In this document: one piece after another, positions 37,363 to 47,700 of the stretch
Position numbering within the stretch: the stretch's first letter is position 1
Layout: every line of letters starts with the position of its first letter
Source of the DNA: Eledone cirrhosa
Lineage: Eukaryota
DNA length: 64,000 nucleotides
NCBI GenBank assembly: GCA_964016885.1
Contig: OZ024747.1
Coordinates: 37,572,001-37,636,000 of the forward strand
Direction: 5' to 3'
Made by a program: the position numbers and the translations under genes
Notes under the pieces: model-generated
Databases searched by the model: none
What the model saw: the letters and a program-made list of their open reading frames with translations, nothing else
What the model was told of the DNA's origin: nothing

Positions 37363-37429
<67 letters not shown>

Positions 37430-37631
37430 TAGATGTGGTCTATTAACTGGAAATGAAGAAAGAAAGTGAATGGATTTAACGATGGTGACACAAGGTAGGA
37501 GTGAGAAGGAAATCAGCTATTTCTAATGACTTGAAAAACTGATGGCGGCATTGAAAATAAAGAACAAAACCTTCATTTGAATAAAAATGTATCAAAATTG
37601 GAATTTTTAAAAAGATTTTACTCTGCCTTAT

Positions 37632-37679
<48 letters not shown>

Positions 37680-37822
37680 TTCATCATCATCATCATCATC
37701 ATTATCATCATCATTATTATTATTATAAAAGAAATCATTATTATTCTCGTCGTCGTTGTTGTTTGTGATGTTATCATTATCATCATCATCATTATCATCG
37801 TCATTATTATCATCATCATCAT
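37632..37822. repeat. (CAT)n/(TAT)n compound microsatellite
   Basis: Direct read. Confidence 0.95.
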
Positions 37823-37855
37823 TAGTATTAACATAATTATTCTACAATTAATAAA

Positions 37856-39675
37856 TCAGCCATGACACGCGATGAATTCCTCCAGGTGGCTGGGAACAAA
37901 ATGTTGGTACGAGATATTATATCGCCTTATCACCCTTGCAGCGAGGCACTGCAGTCTGATGTGTTGAATTGGATAAGGCAGTAAATGTTGCAAGTACTCT
38001 AGCGTACTGTGCCCTTCACTGTTCACCATGTCTATATGGCATCCATAATTGATTAGACACCTGAGGAGACTGTTTTGAAAGAAATCATGATGTTCCATAA
38101 CATAATGTATAGCCGTATTACCTCTGTCGTCAGTCACGTCAACATTTTCGCCACACTCAATGAGAATAGATAGGAGACGCGTCGATGAAGTCATACGTAT
38201 TGAAAGATGCAACAAGCTTGTGTGATATGTACCTCGAAGCTGTTGGACAATGATGCTGTACAATAGTTTCTTTAAGTCAAGCAACTGATTTGCTGTTAAA
38301 TCGAAATCCATGATGAAATCTGTGAAACGCAACGTTTCGACGAGATATCGTTCAATATATGTAGACTTATCGTGATTGTCGTAAATATTAATTTTTGAAA
38401 GACACGCTGCCACTCGGTTGTTTATATGAAGAATGATACAACGGAGGAAGGCGAGAAGGTGAGAAACATGCACATCATTAGTTTTTTTGTTTCTAATTTT
38501 AAACAAAGAACTGAAAGTTTCAATCACACTGAAAATGACCTCTTTGAAAGGGTTATTATAATACTGGAAGAAATAAAATATACAAGTCAGCAAATTCACT
38601 CCCAAACTGACATCATGTCGGTTTACAAAGTCGTAAGCTTTTAAAATGAACGAGTTTATCGTTGTAGAGTGCATAGGTCCAAGGATCCTAAATTGAATTA
38701 GCAATGCTTGAGTCCACATATCATTTAAATTCTGTGAAATTTTTACAAGATCGCTTGTCGTTTCGAATTCGGTTCCAAGAATGTTCATCGTGTTTGCATG
38801 ATCCGGATGCATGTGTTTCTGGAAAACTTCATCCAGGTTAGACCGGCGTAAATGTAAAGCTTTCAACCAGAAATTAATAGCTCGTTGGAAGTTGTGTCTT
38901 ACAATCATAAGCTGGCTGCCGAGAAGCTCATAAGCACAGGCAACACGTTCTCGTGAGTAACTATTTGTCTGTGCAAGATATTCAGTAATGGCTATTCGAC
39001 ATTTTATAGCAGCCATTTGAAGTGGGTTGTTTCCTAGGACGTCTTCAAGCTGTAAATCGGCACCGTTAACGACGAAGAGTTCAACGACTTTTAGATGACC
39101 TCTTTTGACAGCAAAATGAAGTGAACTTCTGTTGCTATTGTCGGTCTGACTTATATTTGCACCATAAGACAAAAGCAAGCTACACATATTCAAATGATAA
39201 GCTGAATGCATTAGACATGATCGATTTTGTTCGTCGATCGAATTAACATCAGCACCTCGACGTAACAAAAAATTAGCAATCTTTATATTCCTGCAGCCAA
39301 TACTAAGAGCGCTCCGACCCCCATTGGCAGAGGTATTTACATCAGCACCGTAGTCCACGAGCATAGCGACTATTGAGAAATGGTTGCGTCGAATGGCAAT
39401 CCATAATGGAGTACATTTGATACGGCCATATTTTCCTCTCTGTTCGACATCAGCATCACATTCTTGTATTAGATATCTCACTTGTTCGATACTTCCTGAA
39501 TGTGAAGCATTAAATAATGTAGTGGAACCGTTTAATTTTGTTGAAACGATCTCCTGTCTTTCCTTTTTAGTAAATCTACCAAGAAACTTTTTTATTCGAT
39601 TTGTGTCGTTTTCCTTGATAAGGTACATAATTACTTTCGCCAGTTTTATTCTTCGACTACTTTCTAGGGAGCGAT
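37856..39675 (-). CDS. Fem-1-like ankyrin-repeat protein (putative CRL2 substrate receptor); one large coding exon
   Basis: N-terminal ankyrin repeats (TPLWIA, SSLHFA, NPLQMA), AYELLG..AINFWLKALHLR segment, C-terminal ankyrins, LQCLAARVI..VPSHLEEFIACH end typical of Fem-1; acceptor ttttactttcag at 39676; frame open from 39675 to the ATG at 39628. Confidence 0.85.
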
Positions 39676-40556
39676 CTGAAAGTAAAATATGTAAAACAAT
39701 AAATAAATGTTATAAAATAAATTATTATTTTAAACTTCAGTATCATAAACAGAATGCAGGGAATCTGCCGAGTTAGAACTTCGAATAGAGTGATTTTACG
39801 GTTTTCATACCGCTCACTACGCCCTGAGTACAAATTCCGCCGAGATCAACTTTGCCTTTCATTCATTCGAGGTCGATAAAAAATTAGTAACACTTTACCA
39901 TTAATCATTTCATTAACCTCTTCCCGAAAAGGTGGCAAATTGGCAGTGTTGTTAGAACGTCGGATATAATACTTTGCGGCCCATTCGTTTCGGCTTTCTG
40001 CTCTCTGTGTTTAAATCCCACTGAGATCAACTTTTCCCTTCATCCAATCGAGGTTGAGAAAAAAATACCAGTCAAATACTGTGGTCAATTATTCCTTTAT
40101 ATATCTTTCTCGCTTCCATTCTCTCACTCTCTATACTTCTCTGGAAGAAATCTGGTGTATTCAGAACTGGAGAGGAGATGGGCTCCGCCAAATTTTAAAA
40201 AAGTAACCTAAAAACGCTGTATGTTAATATAGTGGCCCTACGTTTCCCCCAAGAGTTACATGCAACATAAACTGAAGGTGGCGAATTGGCAGAAACATTA
40301 AAACATTGGTTCTTTCAGGTCAAATCCCGCCAAAGTCAACTTTGTCTTTCATCCTTTTGAGGTCGATATAAAAGTACCAGTCCAGTACTGGGATCGATTC
40401 CCCACTCTCTGGAAGAAATCAGTTATGTTCAGATCGGGAGAGGCATGGGCACCGCCTGGCTTTTAAAAAATACCTTTACGACTCCACCTAGAGTTATGGG
40501 ACCATACATTCATGCTTCATAAACTGATAAACTTTATATTTAAACCTGTACTCGTA

Positions 40557-40925
40557 CCGTGTTTCCCCTATTATAAGACAGGTCTCCTATTATTTTTTCC
40601 TTAAACAAAAGCACTAGTGCTTATTTTCATGGTAGAATTATATTTTTACGCAAAAAATTTAAATTTAAAACAACCGTATATTAATTTATTAAAATTAAGG
40701 ATATTATAGAGTTAATAACAATATCATTAATATAATTTATTATATTAGTAATCAGCAAGACTCTGGAAATCTACGTTTTATATTATTTTATATTACTTTT
40801 ATATTAATTTTTATGGAAAAAATGCGCTAGGGTTTATTTTCGGAGTAGGGCTTATATTGGACGGCAACATAAAAATCATGCTAGGGTTTATTTTTGGAGT
40901 AAATCTTATAATAGGGGAAACACGG
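40557..40925. mobile_element. Tc1/mariner-pogo type MITE
   Basis: 22-bp perfect TIR ccgtgtttcccctattataaga (40557-40578, 40904-40925); TA on both sides. Confidence 0.9.
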
Positions 40926-40938
40926 TAATATAAATATC

Positions 40939-41073
40939 CAAGATCGCTTGGCGCTTCGAAATCGATTCCAAGAATGTTCATTGTGTTTACATAATCTGGA
41001 CACGTGTTTCTTGAGATCTTTATCCGTGTTAGTCTGGTATCAATGTAAAGCGTTCATCCAGAAATTAATAGCT
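40939..41073 (-). pseudogene. Fragment of a Fem-1-like paralog
   Basis: Aligns by eye with 38746-38882 (caagatcgctt..ttccaagaatgttcat..ccagaaattaatagct). Confidence 0.8.
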
Positions 41074-41415
41074 ATATTTAACCTGTTACTTATACTCTTT
41101 TGTATTCCATTCCCTCCTTACCCAATATCACGTTTTCAATAAATTGTATAAATAAGCTCATTGAAATTTTCACTGAAATTGATTTTCCTTAAATCATTTG
41201 GTTCTTGTAGTATCTTGATAAATTCTAGCAGTAATGTATTTTCAAGGCAGCCAAGCGGCAGAATCGTTAGAACTTCGAGTAGCATACTTTACGGTATTAC
41301 CCCCGACTTTCTGCACTCTGAGTTTAAATCTCGTCGAGTTTAACTTTGCATTTCATGCTTTCAAGGTCCATCGATAAAAAAGCACCAACTGGAATCGCTT
41401 CTTTCTTTATCTATC

Positions 41416-41879
41416 TGTAACGAAATACTCCTATGTTTTACCTGGCGAAGATTCGAAACTGAATCTGAGGGTTCTCGCTTCTAAAACCACCTATTGTTGG
41501 GAGTTCCCACCATTGTCCTGTCAAGAGACAGCTATGATAAACGTAGATGCCACTTGACATGTGACCCCAGGTACTTGACAGATGAAACACACATAGCTGC
41601 TCCTAAATCAACCCATATACACATCCTTCTAGCTATAGGATCATTATAAATACATCCCACTTCTAATCACAGCAGCAGAGACCATGAAGCAACAGACCGT
41701 GAGAGATTAACGATGTAGCACATTCACTTTCTACAGACCTTTTACTCTCTCTCCTGGCCTTACAGGCTCTCACATTTCATAGCAGCTCGGCAGATTGATT
41801 AACTACAGAAACAACCTAAACTAAGGATAAACACACACACACACACAGAGTAGGTTTACTTATACTTTTCACTATTACA
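41416..41879 (+). mobile_element. Possible solo LTR
   Basis: TGTAA...TTACA ends and internal TATAAA, but flanks match only 3/5 (ctatc vs ctttg). Confidence 0.3.
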
Positions 41880-41979
41880 CTTTGTCTATTTCTTCGTCTT
41901 CCTGTCATTTCACTTCTATTGTATCGTTTTATTGATACATGCATACAGGCTGGTTCGAAGTAGCTAGTAAGAAAATAAT

Positions 41980-42159
41980 TGTTTCTACTTTTGGCACAAG
42001 GCCAGCAATTACCCAGTGCATTACTGGTACTTTATTTTATCGACCCCGTAAGGATGAAAGGCAAAATTAACCTCGGCGGGATTTGAACTCAGATCGTAAA
42101 GGGACGTAACTATGCTGGAAAGCATGGCGTCCGACCCTCTACCGATACTGCCAATCCAC
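41980..42159 (-). mobile_element. tRNA-derived SINE
   Basis: Same family as 25654-25839; TSD aaaataat at 41972-41979 and 42160-42167. Confidence 0.88.
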
Positions 42160-42699
42160 AAAATAATGTAGTGATAACTGCTGTCACGATTTTATTACTC
42201 GATATTCAATGTACCAACAAATTAATTTTGTTATTGTAAAATAAACATTGTCACCTTCACAATTCTGGCATCATTCTTTTTATCATTCATCCTGAAAAGA
42301 ATACATCTATTCACCACATAATGGTAACATCTATCCATTACATAATAGTGACCCCCCCCCATTACTACATATCTATCTTTCTTTTCTACGGAATAACTTG
42401 GCTGTGCCTAACCTCATGAGGGATGGACTCCGCTATATTGAGAGTCACTACGGCGACCCTACGACTCTATCAGGAGTTAGGAACTCCATACATTGATACA
42501 ATGTATTTTTAAATCTAATAACATACATTCAAAAACAAAGATTATGTCAGGCTGAAATAGCCAAAATTGTGTATACTTAAAACAGACTAGTAGGTTCAAT
42601 AACCACCATGCGCAATGCAACTTCTATTGCTCTGAAATTTTAGTTGATATTTCAGTAATTACTTATCTTTCAGCATTATAGTTCATTATATTTTACTAA

Positions 42700-43115
42700 G
42701 GGCGGTGAATTGGCAGTATCGGTAGAGGGTTGGATGCCATGCTTTCTAGCATAGTTACGTCTCTTTACGGTCTGAGTTCAAATCCCGTCGAGGTTAACTT
42801 TGCCTTTCATCCTTATGGGGTCGATAAAATAAAGTACCAGTAATGTACTGGATAATTGCTGGCCTTGTGCCAAAAGTAGAAACAATTATATTTTACTAAT
42901 GACAGAGCAGTGGATTGGCAGTATTGGTAGAGCATATGACACCATGCTTTGAAGCATAGAGTTATAGCCCTTTACATTATCCCGCCGATGTTAGCTTTCC
43001 CTTTCATGCTTACGGTCGATGAAATAAAGCACCAGTGCACCAGTAATGCACTGAGGTCGATTTACTCGATTTCTCCCTCCTCCAAAATTACTGACCTCGT
43101 CCCTATAGTAGAAAT
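42700..43115 (+). mobile_element. Two tandem tRNA-derived SINEs (42700-42884, ~42903-43115)
   Basis: A/B boxes; 15-bp TSD attatattttactaa at 42685 and 42885, third near-copy at ~43117. Further relics near 20070, 39780-40400, 41245, 44190, 56270, 58230. Confidence 0.88.
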
Positions 43116-44879
43116 CATTATATTTTAATAATGATCTAAAGAAGAAATATGTGATCCTTCTTATGAACTAGGACCTGGAACATATAGAGATTGGTGCTTC
43201 TGATGCGAGTATTTGTGAAGATTATATTGTTTAAAATCAAACACTGCTCATAGGTAAGGCTAAACCCCATTGATTTTCCTTGGTAAGGCTAAACTCCGTC
43301 GATTTTCTTTGGTGACAAAACATCGACCTACATACCTTCCAGTATTTGTTTCGTTTCTTAATGTTCTGAGTTCGATCTCCATACGATGACTCTTTTACAT
43401 TTTACCATTTCTGTCTCTATAAATTAAGTATTAATCATAGACAAGTGCTGATTTAATAGTTCGGTCTCCTTTCACTGTACTATACAGGAAATAGTGTGCT
43501 CCAATGTTCTTGTTATACATAGTTTAAGCTGCTTATAATCGTCACAAGACGTACCTACCCATGGAATCTATTGCTTGGTTGATACAGCAATTCGAAAGTT
43601 AAGTACCTTGTTCATGTAGTAATCAAGTAACTAAATGAAGACCCTACAGTTATGCAGTTTGCTATTTTATTAGTTCGGCTGGCTTTATCAGACGGATAAC
43701 AACAACAACAACGACGACGACGACGACGGGGAGAAACAAAATGTAAAGGCGAATTGGTATTAATCTGATGAACGCGTCTCGATAAATAATACATTAAATA
43801 ATTAAAGGTAATGAAGTGTTCGTTTATCATCGATTTAACTTCCATTAGGATACAAGTGGGCCTTTTCAAGAACTCGCAATTTAAATTACTGCAGTAATTA
43901 ATGGTTTAAATTGAAGGTTTAAGATGACACAAGTAATTATGAGCTAACGATGGCGTCAGATTTGATAGAAAAAGTAGCATTAACCTCTAAATTTTTCACT
44001 CGACTAGTGTGAGCTGAAACGTTCATAGATTGACTATGAGTGATGATAGAGCTGTGAAATCTTGCCTGCATTAATTTTAACTCTTCTTATTAATAACTGC
44101 ATCGTTTCGTTCCAGGGACTATGTTGAAAAATAAACCTCATTTGGTCATTCCCTGAGGGTATCTTGGTCAGCATATGAACTTTCCAGTCCATTTGGCAGT
44201 CATTAGAACGTTGGATATTTGTTCTGAATCATTACGATCTAAGTTCAAATTCCACCGAGGTTCACTTCACTTTGCTTTCATCTTTTCGGGGTCGATAAAG
44301 AAAGTTCCAGTGTAGTACTGGTGCAACCCTCTCTATTTCCAGCTGTCACATCCTGGATATTCCTCTGGATCGAAGGAGAGAACATTGTGAGGGTGTATAT
44401 ATCTGGTACGCTAAGGGTTTTGAATAAGGAATGATCACCTAAAACCATTAGCGTAAGCATGGTTTATAAGTTATACTTGATTGCTAGTGACGGCTGTAGT
44501 TTTTATCATCTTAAAAGAACATAAAGGCACATTAGATAATAATAATAGATTTTGCGAAAATAATGTGAGATTGTCTCGAGAGAAATGTCTCAGAGATTTG
44601 TTCATTCTATGACCAAAGACATTTGATTATCGACCTGAGGCTACACATTAACAACTACACTAATTAAGTTTTGTTCTTTTGCACCCTGAATTTAAATTTC
44701 TGGTTAGAATTAACTTTGATCGGTGGATTAAGTACTAATCTTCTCATTTAGCCTTGAGCCTTGTCAAAAGAAATTAATAAATTTTACATACCCATTTTGA
44801 CTTGTAGAATGAAAATCCAAGCTGCTCGTGTTTCTCTTTATTAGTTTCAAAAAACAAAAAACAAAAAATAACATGTTAT

Positions 44880-45460
44880 GTGACATGGCGGAACATCATA
44901 GAGCTCATGACGTCATAAAATAATCGCTCACAGATTTGTGCACGTAATATTTTAAGTTGCTTTTTGAAGCGTGCACAAAGACAAACACAATCTCACAAAT
45001 AAGGCCAAACGGCACGACAATGTTCCCGTTCCGCGGGGTAGGCCCCTCATCTGAGATGCTACATGTTGTGACAACCCGGTGTGAAACCTTCTCTAACGGC
45101 AACCTGGTGTGTTTGGCTACCAACCCAGGGTTCATTATCCGCCAGGCCGACGAGGGAAAACTGTCAAAGTATCGGCCGCTCTCAGATAGATTTGTGGTTG
45201 AACCTGTGACAGTGAAGACTTCCATCATTCTTGTCCCCGGACAATATCCCTGCTCACTGCAATCGGAGTGGTGTTAGCTGCCCGTATGTGTGAGCCTCGG
45301 GAAGTGGAGTGGCTATTCCAGCGCGTCACCCTCGCCTTACTCCGGGGCAATGTCTTCTACCTCCTATAGTCCGGGACCACGAGGCGCACTGACCTTTAAG
45401 TTTCATTTATAGTGGTGGCATGTAGATTAGATTTACATCTCACAAATAAAGTATTATAAT
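44880..45460 (+). mobile_element. 3' relic of a CRE-like RLE non-LTR retrotransposon
   Basis: Frameshifted RPNGTTMFPF..DATCCD, KLSKY, EPVTV, EPREVEWLFQRVTLALLRGN resemble the CRE-clade endonuclease C-terminus. Confidence 0.65.
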
Positions 45461-45965
45461 TTATATTTTATTTCCTTATTGTTTTGTATAAATATTTCTG
45501 TAGATAAACCAGCGAACTAAAAAGAAAATGGAAAGATATGTCACCACTCGACCTGCTAGGAAAAAAATTGTATTTTCTATGCGGCTCGAACTACGTGAGG
45601 ACAATCACTTCTTCAGCTCTCGTTAATAATTAGATAGTACCCAACTGTTTAGAAACTGCCACAGTAATTCATGGGGCCAGCCATATAAGACTGTCATGCT
45701 GAATCTGCCTGAGAAGTACATTAAGAGTATATGTATCTGTGGAATGCACATCCACTTTTATCTTTTTTATGCTTATTTTGCCTCCCGTTGCCCTTCTCTA
45801 TTTAATTTTTATTTTATTTTATATATATATTACTTTAAATTTGCAATTTTTACATATATATTCACTTATTTTGTTAGAAGTAATAGATACTTCCCTTAGT
45901 CTATCATTGCTTATTAGCTCTAAAATTGATGGCAACTTCATTTTTCGTCTTTAATGATTTTCACC

Positions 45966-46103
45966 CTATTGTATAAGCTATTTTGTTATTTGGTAGCATC
46001 TCTGCACATGAGTACACCTTTATATATATATATATATATATATATTTAATGGTGTGATCATTCGCAAAGATGCTATCAAATAGCAAAATAGCTTATACAA
46101 TAG
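45966..46103. repeat. Inverted repeat with 40-bp arms around a (TA)n core
   Basis: ctattgtataagctattttgttatttggtagcatctctgc pairs with gcaaagatgctatcaaatagcaaaatagcttatacaatag, 3 differences. Confidence 0.9.
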
Positions 46104-46472
46104 TATATCAAAGCTTGTATGTGATCAAGTATGTTTGATCCAATCAGATTGATGAATTTCTCAAATTTTTGTTTCAGAAAGGTACGGTTTGTGTTTTTTA
46201 ATATTTATTTGGGTTAGTATATTTTTAATGTATGTCTTCATGAAATCAATACAGGTTAGATGCGTGGCGAAAGGTGAAAAACAGAAACAATAATTATTTA
46301 TGGGTTTTTTCTTTTAATTACAAAAAGATAGTACATTTAAGATAGGAAATAATGCTTATTTGACTGTTGGTTCATCCGTATACTTTTACTCTCCTGAATA
46401 CACATACACTCATACACACAGGCGATTGTATATAATCAATTTATTAAATGCTTAATCGAAGAAAAATTGCTA

Positions 46473-47119
46473 TTAAACGTTGTGTCTAATAAAACTAATC
46501 AATGAAGCTATGATTTCCTCCCTCAAATGAAAACCTTCTAGCATTAATATCCCATGGAAGGCTTTATCAAAATGGTCGTGATAAGCTTTCACACCAGCTC
46601 GACGTACTCGCTCAACGAACAGAAAGCTCTCATCTCTTAGGACATCGAATTCCACCGAAACAAGATGTAGCATAGGGATTCTTCTGAAATCTTGTGACAG
46701 CAGAGGGCAGAAATATGGATTTAAAAGAATTGGTTCAAAATCATAAGAAATATTCTCATCACCAAAATCAACTGACTTATCCAAAGTACATTGTTTCTGG
46801 TATTTTTCAGGTAGTTGATGAACAGACATAAACTGGGAGACTTCGGATGTTTTTAGAAGAGGTGCTGTATGGTTATTGATCAGAAAATCATCAATAAATT
46901 CAGTGCTACCTTGGTAATAGTAGAGCCAATTCTGTGCCACCATTCTTCGATTTATTATAAAAGGAACACTTTTGTCGTGAAATACCATAGACGCAGTGAG
47001 AAAATCAAATGCTTGAAGTGGCGGATAAATAAGCATTTGAGCTTTTAGAGCAGGAAACGCTGTCTCAACTGCGAGTCTAAGGGAAACTGCAGCAGCCAGG
47101 TTTCCACCAGCTTCATCAC
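46473..47119 (-). CDS. Terminal exon of an AADAC/NCEH1-like (HSL-family) esterase with GDEAG in place of GDSAG
   Basis: Acceptor ttttcatgcag, then (G)DEAGGNLAAAVSLRL..QMLIYPPLQAFDF..NPYFCPL..EFDVLRDE..AFHG to stop, no disruption. Confidence 0.88.
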
Positions 47120-47565
47120 CTGCATGAAAACAAAATTATATATATATATATTATATATATATATAAACACGCTCAAACGAAAAAAAAAATCACAGCAGAC
47201 GAAGTACAATGAAGATATATATTAGTTTCACGATTAATATTGTAGGAAAAATCTTAACGTTTCGGACGCTAGTCCTTCATAAAAAAATAGAATGAGAAGT
47301 TAAAGACGATATAAAAAGATAGAGGAGAGTGAACAGGGCTAGATACGAAAACATGACTTCGAGAAAAATGTATATGATATATACACGTAGTACATTAAAT
47401 ATTGAAGTTGTAAAAAATTATATTATATCATTGTGCTTTGAATTAAAATAAAAGGAAGGTGGTGAGTTGGAAAACGATATAAATTCTAGTGGGACAAATG
47501 CTTTTAAATATTTAGTTTTAACCATCGAAGCTTTATCGACTAAATCCCATCAAAATCACATTCCT

Positions 47566-47700
47566 GAAGAAGAAGAAGAAGAAGAAGAAGAAGAAGAAGA
47601 AGAAGAAGAAGAAGAAGAAGAAGAAGAAGAAGAAGAAGAAGAAGAAGAAGAAGAAGAAGAAGAAGAAGAAGAAGAAGAAGAAGAAGAAGAAGAAGAAGAA
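47566..47700. repeat. (GAA)45 pure microsatellite
   Basis: Direct read. Confidence 0.97.

Larger units (their letters stand above)
31335..37412 (+). mobile_element. L1/Tx1-type LINE, copy D, apparently full length with two intact ORFs
   Basis: 5' UTR 31335-31550, ORF1, 35-nt spacer, ORF2, 3' UTR, AATAAA, (ATT)16 at 37365-37412. Confidence 0.96.

Noticed and set aside
37856-39675. Fem-1-like gene as Helitron cargo or LINE 3' transduction
   Set aside because: It is outside the Helitron termini, opposite in strand to LINE D, beyond its tail, and has its own splice acceptor.
42700-42800. tRNA genes
   Set aside because: A and B boxes belong to SINE heads with TSDs and a common body; no full cloverleaf.
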